A stretch of 64,000 nt of DNA from Candidatus Marinacidobacterales bacterium (GTDB taxonomy: Bacteria > Acidobacteriota > Vicinamibacteria > Marinacidobacterales > DATDRI01), in the NCBI GenBank assembly GCA_965219415.1, contig CBDCNP010000002.1:288001-352000 (forward strand), written 5' to 3'. The stretch's first letter is position 1; every line of letters begins with the position of its first letter. Below, one piece after another: positions 30,134-39,118 of the stretch. A model generated the notes under the pieces. It had not been told where the DNA came from. It saw only the letters and a list, made by a program, of their open reading frames with translations, and ran no database searches. The translations under genes and the position numbers were made by a program.

Positions 30134-31421
30134 TCAAAGCGCGCTCGATCCAAATAGTTCCGGCAGGGGCTTCCCGGTGTCGGTGACCTGAATCGGTCTT
30201 CCGAGAGCAGAAAAGTTCATCCCCTCGGGGTCGATTCCGAGCGCGTGGCAGAACGAAGCGAACAGATCGGACACCGTGACCGGCCGCTCCCGAATCTCGT
30301 GGCCGTCGATGTCGGTGGCACCAACGACCTGCCCCCCTTCCACTCCACCCCCCGCCAGGGCAACGCTCCATGCTTTCGGGTAATGGTCTCGCCCACCGCG
30401 ATTGTTGATGCGAGGGGTGCGGCCAAACTCTCCCATCCAAACCACCAGGGTCGACTCCAGAAGCCCACGCTCTCGCAGGTCACGAATCAAACTGGACATG
30501 GCGGGGTCCAGCGTGGCCATGAGCGACCGCGTGGTCTCGAAATTGTTTTGATGGGTGTCCCAGCCACCAAGCTCGACCTCGACGTAGCGAACGCCGCGTT
30601 CCACGAGCCGCCGAGCCGCCAGGCAGCCCCGGCCGAACGCATTCAGGCCGAAGGATTCTCGTAGACGTTCCTTCTCGAGCGAGACGTCGAAGGCGTCGAT
30701 AGACCGGCTACGCATCAGTTTGGATCGCCTTGTCGACCGTCGCCCAGTGCCCCTCGGCTTCCCCACCGCGGTGCGACGATTGAAACCTGGTTTCGAGCTT
30801 GGAGAGCAGGGCGAGTCTCTCATCGAAACGAGCTCGAGTGGCACCTGACGGGAGTTCGAGGTTTTCGATGGGTCGCGACGGGTCTCTCACCACGAAAGGA
30901 GCAAAGTCCACTCCTAGCAGACCCGAGCCCGCCGAAGGCCCGTTGAGGCTGACGAAAGGTGGTAACTCCATCTCCTTGCTCGCAAGCTCTTGCGCAACGA
31001 CGGCCCCCAAGCTCGGGTGTCGGGTCGCGCCCTGCGGCGGGTAACCGGTGTGAGCGAGATAACGAGCGCGCTGATGATTCCCCTCGCGAGAGGTCATCGA
31101 ACGGATGACCGCCAGGTCGTTCATCTCGAAAGCAACCTTCGGCAGATGCTCCGATATTCGGATGCCATCGACGGTGGTCTCTATGCCCCTGAACTCCCCA
31201 CCCGTCGGCCGTCCAGGCTTGGGGTCCCAGGTGTCCAACTGACTGGGTCCTCCCGCCATCCACAAGACGATGCAGGAGCGAGCCTTTCCCGCAGCCGGCT
31301 GAGCGAAGACAGATGACAGCCCCAGCCACTGCGTTAGAGTGAGCCCGAAGCTTGCGCTGACACTTCGTCGTAGAAACTCGCGGCGGCTCCCCGCCTCATA
31401 CGTAAAAGCGTCCTCGCTCAT
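30134..31421 (-). CDS. DUF1501 protein with Tat-like signal; frameshift near 30722
   Basis: SRREFLRR, WMAGGPSQLDTWDPKP, GGWDTH, GEFGRTP, GRDH. Confidence 0.9.
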
Positions 31422-31431
31422 CGTGACACCC

Positions 31432-33144
31432 CTAGGGTTCAGTGAATGAAAAAAACTCGCTCGTATTGACCAACGCCCACAAGACATCTTGGTACGCCTG
31501 CCGGCGACTCTCCCCTTCGCGGATTAGCCGCCCGACATCCGTTCTCTCCGCGGGGCTCGGGTATCTGGCGAGGGTGCGGAGAAAGAGCTCCTTCACGACG
31601 ACTCCCTGCTCCGGCGGGAAATCGCGCCCGCGGCGCGCGCCCTTCGACCCGGCGCCCCTGCTCATTCTCGTGAGAGGTCCATTCAGCATGGCGAGCGCCT
31701 GCGGGATCGTCCCTTGCGCGACATCCTCATCGCTCACCGTGTCGGTATCGAACAAAAAGACGAAGCGGCGAAAGAACCGGTCCTTGTTTTCTCGGAACTC
31801 CGGCGACCGAGCGTGCCGCTCTAGTTTGAGGAGCGTAACCAGGGAGTTGAAGAGTTGTTCCGGCGACATCCGCCGCAATGAAGATGCGGCGAACAGCTCA
31901 CGCTCTGGCGGCTCACCGTGGTACTCCGAAGAGAGCCGATACGTTCGCGTTCCGGTAAGGACTCGAAAGAGGCGACGCAGGTCGTAGCCGTGAGAGCTGA
32001 AATCAAGTGCCACAAACTCGAGAAGCTCCGGATGAGACGGCGGATTCCCGCTTCCAAAGGCATCCACCGGCTCCACCAGTCCCTGCCCGAATAGCACGCC
32101 CCAGATTCGGTTGACCAACGCGGGACTGAAGTAAGGGTTTGCCGGTTGCACCAACCAGTCGGCGAACGCTAGCCGCGGATTGCCCCTCGGAACGCTACCG
32201 TCGAGTAGCATCGGGCGAAAAACCCTGGTCTCCTCTCCCTCAGACAACTTAATCTCAGCAGGATTCTGATCCACGAGTCGCAGTGTCTTGCGCACCGCGG
32301 TCACGGGCGCCATCATGTCTTCCTGCAGCTCCCGCTTCGTCATCCGTGAGACCTGCCCACCCTGATTCTTCTCCTCCTCCAGGCGCTGCCGCTCGTCACG
32401 AGCATCCCGTCGGATCCTTCGGTCGGTTCGGTTGGGACGGTCACGTCCGATTCCGGCGAACGACGCGGAGAAACCATAGAACTCCTCCTGGGTCCAAGTT
32501 TCATACGGGTGGTTGTGACAGCGGGCGCAACCCAACTGCAACCCAAGGAAGTTGGCCGCCACCGACTCCGCGGTGTCCTCTGGCTTCATCTCGAAACTGA
32601 GAAGGAAGTTGACCGCTCCGTTGTCGACCGGGTTTCCAGTCGCGGTGATGAGCTCACGGACTATCTCGTCGTAAGTCGTTCCCGCGGCCAGGCTCGACGT
32701 CAACCAGCTCGCTAGACGGTCCCGGTCAACGTAACGCGGCAAACGGCCTCTACCCAGTAGCACCGTCGACCAATAACGCCCCCAATGGGATGCGAACTCA
32801 GAGCTGTCCAGGAGCTCGTCCACCAAAACTGCCGTCTTGTCGGGAGCGGTGTTGTCCAGAAAACGCCGTACTTCGTCGGACCGAGGGACCCTTCCGATCA
32901 AATCTAGGTATAGCCGGCGAACGAGCTCAGCATCTTCAGCCGCCACCGCCGGCTGGACCGAGGACTCCCGCCAACCGGCCTCGATGTACGCATCTATCGT
33001 GCTCGAAACATCAGCGATTCCGGCCTTCCCCTCAGTGCCATGCGCCGACGCGCAGAGCCAACCGGCAAGCGAGAAGGCTAACGTAGCGATCTGAATGGAT
33101 CCCCTCCCCATTGGTCCTCCGATTCTCGAATTCTTGGGCCTCAC
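31432..33144 (-). CDS. DUF1549/DUF1553 (PSCyt2/PSD1) protein with a heme-c-type CxxCH motif
   Basis: RRLYLDLIGRVP, CARCHNHP, NPYF...VNRIW, PSHPELL. Confidence 0.92.
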   Translation of the reverse strand: MRPKNSRIGGPMGRGSIQIATLAFSLAGWLCASAHGTEGKAGIADVSSTIDAYIEAGWRESSVQPAVAAEDAELVRRLYLDLIGRVPRSDEVRRFLDNTAPDKTAVLVDELLDSSEFASHWGRYWSTVLLGRGRLPRYVDRDRLASWLTSSLAAGTTYDEIVRELITATGNPVDNGAVNFLLSFEMKPEDTAESVAANFLGLQLGCARCHNHPYETWTQEEFYGFSASFAGIGRDRPNRTDRRIRRDARDERQRLEEEKNQGGQVSRMTKRELQEDMMAPVTAVRKTLRLVDQNPAEIKLSEGEETRVFRPMLLDGSVPRGNPRLAFADWLVQPANPYFSPALVNRIWGVLFGQGLVEPVDAFGSGNPPSHPELLEFVALDFSSHGYDLRRLFRVLTGTRTYRLSSEYHGEPPERELFAASSLRRMSPEQLFNSLVTLLKLERHARSPEFRENKDRFFRRFVFLFDTDTVSDEDVAQGTIPQALAMLNGPLTRMSRGAGSKGARRGRDFPPEQGVVVKELFLRTLARYPSPAERTDVGRLIREGESRRQAYQDVLWALVNTSEFFSFTEP

Positions 33145-33178
33145 TGAGTGAGACCGTAGAACCTTCCTGCGGGTTTAA

Positions 33179-34132
33179 TTGTTCTCGGGAACTTGCGAAG
33201 CGAAGAGTGCTCTGTCTATGATGCGCCACGACATGGGATTCTGTACGTCCGCAGCTGTAATCGTCGCCCTGGCGGTCGCACCACAACGCCCGGACGCCCG
33301 GCGGTTCATCCAAAAGGTCATGGCCAACCAAGAGGCCAAGCAGCAGCTACAGCGGCAGTACGCTTACCGAGAGACCATCACCACCGAATACCTACGCAAG
33401 GACGGATCGGTCGACGAGATCAAGAGCGAGGCCTTTCAAGTAACCCCGTCACCCGACGGCGAGTACCGCCGTTTGGTCGAGAAAGATGGCCACTCTCTTC
33501 CGTCCGAAAAAGAAAAGAAGGAGGAGGAGAAATTCCAAAAGTACCTCAATAAGCAACTCAAGCTTTCCTCCGAAAAACGTGAGCGAAATACAAAGGAGAA
33601 ATTGGCCGGCCGCGTCAGCCGCTTTCAGACTCGCCTACGGGAAGCCCTGGAGGTTTACGAGTTCACTGAGCTCCCTGTCGTGAGGATAGAGGGTAACCGC
33701 ATACGCTGCTTCGAATTCTCCCCGCGGACCGGCTACAAGCCGCATTCCAAAGGCACGAAGATGCTCGATCGACTCCAGGGGACGGTATGGATCGATCCGA
33801 AGCAAGCACAGATCGTCAAGCTTCACATCATCTTCCGAAAGGACATGAAGTTTTTCTTGGGCCTGTTCGGAAGAATATCCAAGGGCTCGGAAGCGGTCGC
33901 GGCGCAGCTGCAAGCGGAAGACGGCCTCTGGCTGCTCGAGAACATCACCGCCTCCTTGGAGGCGCGGTTTTACTTTTTCAAGAAGTACCGACGAAGGATT
34001 ATCTACTCCTACTCCGACTATCAGAAGTACACCGTCGAGACGGATGAAGGTGACTTTCGGAAGGTGCCCGGCTCAACCGGCGTCCTGCCGCGTCAGATAA
34101 TGGCAACCAACGTGTATTGGACGCCCGAGTAG
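33179..34132 (+). CDS. Exported hypothetical protein (start may be 33233)
   Basis: Long ORF with signal-like segment; FEFSPR, GTVWID, YSDYQKY. Confidence 0.65.
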   Translation: MFSGTCEAKSALSMMRHDMGFCTSAAVIVALAVAPQRPDARRFIQKVMANQEAKQQLQRQYAYRETITTEYLRKDGSVDEIKSEAFQVTPSPDGEYRRLVEKDGHSLPSEKEKKEEEKFQKYLNKQLKLSSEKRERNTKEKLAGRVSRFQTRLREALEVYEFTELPVVRIEGNRIRCFEFSPRTGYKPHSKGTKMLDRLQGTVWIDPKQAQIVKLHIIFRKDMKFFLGLFGRISKGSEAVAAQLQAEDGLWLLENITASLEARFYFFKKYRRRIIYSYSDYQKYTVETDEGDFRKVPGSTGVLPRQIMATNVYWTPE

Positions 34133-34152
34133 GATCAGCCTGGCCAAACCGA

Positions 34153-35694
34153 CTAAGGGCGTCGAGCCTTCTTTCCAATCACAACCAAGAACATGACACT
34201 CTTCCCGCTGGCGTGGGGGGAGAAGAACCGCGTCACATCGTCGTCGAAAAAAGTGAGCCCGGTAGCACCGAGCTGTTGTGCGTAAGCCATGAGATAGACC
34301 TTTCCTCCGAGGACACCACCCTCGAACTGGGCGGCTCGATAGCCACGGTTTCCAAACCTCGCTAGAACGCGCTCCAAATCGCACATGGCGTAGATATTCA
34401 CGCTCGCATCCGCGGCCAGCTCTTGCCCGAGGTCGAGCCGGCCGGCCTCACGACGGAAATCTCCCTCCGCGAGCTGGTCGAGCGCTCTGCGCCCTCGGTC
34501 GTAGAAATAAGCTCCCGACGGCAAACCGTCGACCGCGTTCACGATGAGGTACAGATCGTTGAGGGACGTCCCGAAGGGTTCTAAGAAGTCGGCGGGTATC
34601 CCCCAGGTTGTGCGGTCGAGGATCGTCGAAAGCTGACCGAAGGAAATGGGAACACGAGCGAACCGCCGGGTCGAACCGCGCCGGCGAATCACTTCCTCCA
34701 GCGGGTCACCGGTGGTGATGGGAAGTAAGTCCTTGGACGCCAGAGGAAAAGTGGAGGCCCCAGGCTCGGGCTCCTTTCGCTCCGGTGGAGTGCCCCTCCA
34801 AGCCACCACGTCCTTCGCGTTTTCAAGAAAGGACGCCCGGTGCATCTCTCGGATCTCGGGGTAGTCGACTTCCGCCGGCGAAAGCGGCACGGTCTCGTAG
34901 TCCAGGGACTCAGCTGGACAGGGAGCAGCAGAAGGAGACGCCGAAGATGTCTTTCCTAGGGCCACCATTCCCAAAGTTGCCTCCCGGTCAGGACTCACGT
35001 CGAGAAGTTTGTTGATCGGGTCGTCTTCGAAACCCAAGACGACGCGAGACGGAAGTCCGATGCCCGCCGCCATAGCCAGGAGGTTTGCCATCAAAGTTCC
35101 GCTGTCCCAAAACGAGTGTCGATACGCCCGCTGTCGGTACTTCCAGGAGTTTCGCCAGAACGTACTCGTAAAGAGAATCACCGCTGGCGCAGACGCTATC
35201 GCCGGCTCGTCGGCGCTTGCCCCTACCAGGACCGATCTCCAATCGCCGGCTCGCAATTGTCGGAGGCCGAAATCCGAAGGATCGAAATGGTACACACCAG
35301 CTTCTAGCCCCGGGAGATCTCCGCAAACCAGGTACAGTTCGATGTGATAGAGCGCCCCAGTGCACGCCGCGGCGCGAAAAAGAATCTGTCCGCCAGGATG
35401 CGCTCGAACCCGCGTAATCCCGGCGGAGTAATAGAGGATTCGAGCCAGTTCTGCCACATCGGGCAGCCTTTCGACCTCTGACTCAATCTCTCCCACCGCC
35501 AAGGCGGCGAAGGCCGAAACCGATGACGTCTCCCGCTCACTCGGTAGCGGCAACGGCTCTAGATCGCGGTAGAGTTTGAAAGGTAGCGGTTGGTTCGGCC
35601 AATCGAGAAAGTGAGGGGTTGAGTGAAGGCTGGCGTCGGAATGTTTCGTATCGTCGTGGTAGGTTCTGGCCGCGCTTGTGTCGCCATTAACCAT
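34153..35694 (-). CDS. SagB/ThcOx-family double-domain nitroreductase-like dehydrogenase
   Basis: YHDDTKH, LDWPNQPLPFKLY, FRAAACTGALY, RAYRHSFWDSG; second domain RRGSTRRF, RGYRAAQFEGG, FFDDDV. Confidence 0.9.
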   Translation of the reverse strand: MVNGDTSAARTYHDDTKHSDASLHSTPHFLDWPNQPLPFKLYRDLEPLPLPSERETSSVSAFAALAVGEIESEVERLPDVAELARILYYSAGITRVRAHPGGQILFRAAACTGALYHIELYLVCGDLPGLEAGVYHFDPSDFGLRQLRAGDWRSVLVGASADEPAIASAPAVILFTSTFWRNSWKYRQRAYRHSFWDSGTLMANLLAMAAGIGLPSRVVLGFEDDPINKLLDVSPDREATLGMVALGKTSSASPSAAPCPAESLDYETVPLSPAEVDYPEIREMHRASFLENAKDVVAWRGTPPERKEPEPGASTFPLASKDLLPITTGDPLEEVIRRRGSTRRFARVPISFGQLSTILDRTTWGIPADFLEPFGTSLNDLYLIVNAVDGLPSGAYFYDRGRRALDQLAEGDFRREAGRLDLGQELAADASVNIYAMCDLERVLARFGNRGYRAAQFEGGVLGGKVYLMAYAQQLGATGLTFFDDDVTRFFSPHASGKSVMFLVVIGKKARRP

Positions 35695-35734
35695 GCCCGC
35701 GATAGTAGCACGGCTGTGAGATAATACCGCGCTC

Positions 35735-36493
35735 ATGGCCAAGGTACCCGAGCTTCGCATCATTGCGCTCACCGGCCTGCCCGAGGTGACGCCCACCAGC
35801 GACCTCGTGGGGCTCGTCATCGAAGCCGCGGAACGCCAAGACCTCCGTATCGTTGACGGCGACATCCTCGTATTCACGCAGAAAGTCGTTTCGAAAGCGG
35901 AGGGGCGACTGGTTCGACTCTCCGAAGTAGAGCCCTCCAATCTGGCCGAGGCTTTCGCGCGAGACGGAAACAAGGACCCTCGTTCGGTGGAAGTCGTATT
36001 GGGCGAGGCGCGACGTGTAGTCAAGATGGATCGCGGCGTACTCATCACCGAAACTCGGCACGGACTGGTCTGTGCCCATGCTGGCGTTGATGCCTCGAAC
36101 GTGCCCGACCTCGACGCGGTCGTTCTTCTGCCGGAGGATCCCGACCGATCGGCGGCGGGTTTGAGATCTTCGGTCCGAGAGCGGGCCAACGTCGACGTCG
36201 CGGTCATCGTCTCAGATACTTTCGGAAGACCCTGGCGAGAGGGATTGACCAACGTCGCCATCGGCGTGGACGGGATATCCCCCTTGGTCGACTACCGGGG
36301 CCAACATGATCCACAAGGCAGATCGCTCAACGCAACCGTTATTGCGATCGCCGATGAACTGGCGTCGGCGGCCGAGCTCGTAATGGGTAAACTGGATCGC
36401 ATCCCGGTTGCGCTGATCCGGGGCTATTCGTACGAAACAGACGGCAAGGGTACGGATCTAGTTAGACCAGCGGACAAGGATCTGTTTAGATAA
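35735..36493 (+). CDS. cofE: Coenzyme F420-0:L-glutamate ligase
   Basis: QKVVSKAEG, AGVDASN, LPEDPD, DTFGRPWREG, ADELASAAELVMGK, DLFR. Confidence 0.95.
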   Translation: MAKVPELRIIALTGLPEVTPTSDLVGLVIEAAERQDLRIVDGDILVFTQKVVSKAEGRLVRLSEVEPSNLAEAFARDGNKDPRSVEVVLGEARRVVKMDRGVLITETRHGLVCAHAGVDASNVPDLDAVVLLPEDPDRSAAGLRSSVRERANVDVAVIVSDTFGRPWREGLTNVAIGVDGISPLVDYRGQHDPQGRSLNATVIAIADELASAAELVMGKLDRIPVALIRGYSYETDGKGTDLVRPADKDLFR

Positions 36494-36506
36494 TCCGGAG
36501 GATTCC

Positions 36507-37136
36507 TTGAAGATTGCAATACTCGGCGGCACAGGTAAAGAGGGGAAGGGCTTGGCACTTCGCTGGGCAAAAGGTGGCGAAGAGGTTTTGATCGGTTCGC
36601 GAGAGCAGAGCAAAGCCGAGAGGATCGCCGAAGAATTGAACGAGCGGTACGGCAAAGAGGTTTTCCGAGGCTTCGACAACCGCACCTCTGCTGCCGAAGC
36701 GGAAGTGGTGGTGTCCACCCTTCCCCATCAAGGACATAGAGATATTTTGGAGAACATCCGGCCAGAGCTCGAAGGTAAGCTGCTCATGGTGGCGACGGTC
36801 ATCTGGCCCCCCGGTCCCGTGGATCGCCCATCGGCCGCCGAAGAGGCACAGGCTGCGGCCGGAGACCAGGTCCGCGTGGTAGCCGCTTTTCAGACCGTCT
36901 CGGCGCTGGCGTTGCAAGCGATCGACGAGGAGATGGAAGAAGACGTGTTGGTTTGTGGGGAGGGCGAGGCCGGAGAAGAGGCCATCCAGTGCATGAGCAA
37001 GGCCGGTCTTCACGGAATCAAAGCTGGTCCTCTCAAACACGCCCGTATCGTCGAGGCGATCACCGCCTTGATGCTAAAGATCAACAAGGGCTACGGTGTG
37101 AAATCCGCAGGAATCAAGATCACCGGCCTGCCATGA
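36507..37136 (+). CDS. npdG: NADPH-dependent F420 reductase
   Basis: KIAILGGTGKEGKGLALRW, IGSR, SAAEE, VVAAFQTVSA, GIKITG. Confidence 0.9.
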   Translation: MKIAILGGTGKEGKGLALRWAKGGEEVLIGSREQSKAERIAEELNERYGKEVFRGFDNRTSAAEAEVVVSTLPHQGHRDILENIRPELEGKLLMVATVIWPPGPVDRPSAAEEAQAAAGDQVRVVAAFQTVSALALQAIDEEMEEDVLVCGEGEAGEEAIQCMSKAGLHGIKAGPLKHARIVEAITALMLKINKGYGVKSAGIKITGLP

Positions 37137-37144
37137 TCCAGTCG

Positions 37145-37450
37145 TGGCGTGGTCCGAGCGCAGCCTTGAGCCGACGCGTAGTCGCGAAGGCGACGAAGCA
37201 TCGAAGGCTTGGGGGTGGGGCCCCAAGCCACAATTCAAAGCTCGAGGGCCAGCCGTGTTGGCCGCCAGATTGCGCGGTTACTTCGACAGGAGCTAGCCAG
37301 GCGGGTACTCAAGTTCGCGCTTGCCGTCAAAATACGTTGTTGCCAATCTGGAGCTAGTCAGACGGGGCTTTCCGATCGTGGTGACCGTCAAACGACGTTG
37401 TGCCATCGAACAAGGTGGCCAGACGGCGGTGGGGCCCCGCGCGCAGTAAG
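37145..37450. repeat. Intergenic GC-rich palindromic repeats (GGTGGGGCCCC twice)
   Basis: ggcttgggggtggggccccaagcc near 37206-37229 and gcggtggggccccgc near 37426-37440. Confidence 0.4.
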
Positions 37451-37452
37451 CT

Positions 37453-38433
37453 ATGCCCTCCCTCATGCCTTCTTTAAACTTCGAGCTCATCCAAAGCGTG
37501 CGGCCCGACGTCGAGACACGGGCGCGGCGCACGCCCTTCGACCCGTCTCCGGCCTTATCCCGCGCCTCGGACCGCGAGGTCTACCTGAAGTGCGAGAACC
37601 TCCAACGCACGAACTCCTTCAAGATTCGGGGCGCCACCGCGAAAATGACGTCTCTCACCGACGAGGAAAAGCAACGTGGTGTGATGGCCGCGTCAGCCGG
37701 CAACCATGGGCGAGGAGTGGCCTTGATTGCGCAGGAGATGGAGATCGGCGCGACGATCTACGTTCCCTCCGCCATTCCCGACATCAAACGCGAAGCCATC
37801 GAGAGCTACGGGGCCAAAGTAATTGTGAGCGAAAGCGAAGGTTACGACGGTACCGAATCGGAAGCCATCGCGGCCTGTAAGCGCGAAGGCAGAACCTGGG
37901 TCTCTCCATATGACGACCCTATCGTGATCGCCGGCGCCGGAACCACCGGCTGTGAGATTTTCGAACAGGTCGACACCTTGGATGCGCTGCTCATACCGGT
38001 AGGCGGCGGGCTTGCGGTAGGGGTCTCGGTTGCGGCGCGGAAAATGTCGCCCTCGACGCGCATCATCGGAGTGAATACCTCCGCCTCCCCGGGTCTCTTC
38101 CTCTCGCGCAAGGAGGGAAAGCCCCGACTCACCCTCGATTCAGAACCGACAATCGCCGAAGGCCTCGAGGGCGGTATCTCCCAGGCGGCCTTCGAGCTCA
38201 CCACCAAGTACATCGACGACGTTCTCGTGGCGGAGGAAGCCTCTCTTCCCCGCGCCATCGCGGAAACGCTTAGGGCACACCATTTCGCGATTGAGGGCTC
38301 CGCGGCGGTAGTGGTAGCGGCATTACTCGATGGTCTGGTGGAATCGAAGTACCGACGCGTCGGGCTATTGCTAAGCGGCGGCAACATCGACTACGCGAGG
38401 CTCAGACAGATCGTTCAAGAACACGCGTTGTAG
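37453..38433 (+). CDS. Threonine/serine dehydratase-family PLP enzyme
   Basis: LKCENLQRTNSFKIRGA, SAGNHG, EGS, SGGNID. Confidence 0.92.
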   Translation: MPSLMPSLNFELIQSVRPDVETRARRTPFDPSPALSRASDREVYLKCENLQRTNSFKIRGATAKMTSLTDEEKQRGVMAASAGNHGRGVALIAQEMEIGATIYVPSAIPDIKREAIESYGAKVIVSESEGYDGTESEAIAACKREGRTWVSPYDDPIVIAGAGTTGCEIFEQVDTLDALLIPVGGGLAVGVSVAARKMSPSTRIIGVNTSASPGLFLSRKEGKPRLTLDSEPTIAEGLEGGISQAAFELTTKYIDDVLVAEEASLPRAIAETLRAHHFAIEGSAAVVVAALLDGLVESKYRRVGLLLSGGNIDYARLRQIVQEHAL

Positions 38434-38470
38434 GAAGAGAGCTCGGGCTGCGCCGAAATTCGCGGGCAGT

Positions 38471-38926
38471 TCAGGAAGAAAAGGTGTGGTGAGGTCCCGA
38501 CTTATACGCCGGCTCCTCGACATTCCGGGTATCGGCCGGCCCTTGTATAGGGTTTTTGCGCGCACCGTATCCCAATAGATCGATGACCAGAGTCATCATC
38601 ACAATCTTTTGGATGAGCTCTTTCTCCGACTGATCTTGCCCCACGAAGACTAGTCCTAGACCGGCGGGGATCACCTTGTGATGCCCCTTGATCTCGCCGC
38701 TGCAGCGAGCGACAACCGCCTGTAACGGTGGGGTCGCAGGGCCACCGGGAATATCCAGCTCAAGATGAACCTTCTTCTCGCCCTTCTGCAAAGCCAGATC
38801 GGTGGCAATGAAGGCACCGGCATTGTTGAGGTCGACCAAGTGCCCCTCCACGAGTTTTCCACCCGCGAGGATGCGGACCTTGATCTCCCCTTCTGTGCGA
38901 ACCCTAGGCTGACGGCGTCGATCCAT
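38471..38926 (-). CDS. PilZ-domain protein
   Basis: RRRQPR and DLNNAG (RxxxR, DxS/NxxG) motifs. Confidence 0.85.
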   Translation of the reverse strand: MDRRRQPRVRTEGEIKVRILAGGKLVEGHLVDLNNAGAFIATDLALQKGEKKVHLELDIPGGPATPPLQAVVARCSGEIKGHHKVIPAGLGLVFVGQDQSEKELIQKIVMMTLVIDLLGYGARKNPIQGPADTRNVEEPAYKSGPHHTFSS

Positions 38927-38955
38927 ACGAGACTCCTTTGGCCGATGTTCTACAG

Positions 38956-38972
38956 TGCAAAACCTGTTCCCA
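38956..38972 (-). promoter_or_regulatory. Putative sigma54 promoter for the PilZ gene
   Basis: TGGGAACAGGTTTTGCA (GG-N10-GC with TTGCA) 30 nt upstream of the ATG. Confidence 0.5.
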
Positions 38973-39118
38973 CCTGTGAGTTTGAATCGAGTCTCCTATC
39001 TCCATATGGAATCGACAGTTACACCACAGAGCCTCGGTCGCTAGTGTGGGATTCACACCGCACGGGGAGTAGAAAAGCACCCACCCCCGCGATAGTGGGG
39101 CATCCTCAACGGCTACAA

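Noticed and set aside
34153-35694. RiPP (azole-peptide) biosynthetic cluster around the SagB-like gene
   Set aside because: No YcaO, E1-like protein, precursor peptide or dedicated exporter nearby.
35695-36261. 702-aa version of the SagB ORF with a 188-aa N-terminal extension
   Set aside because: The extension is the antisense of cofE; family similarity starts at the Met at 35694.
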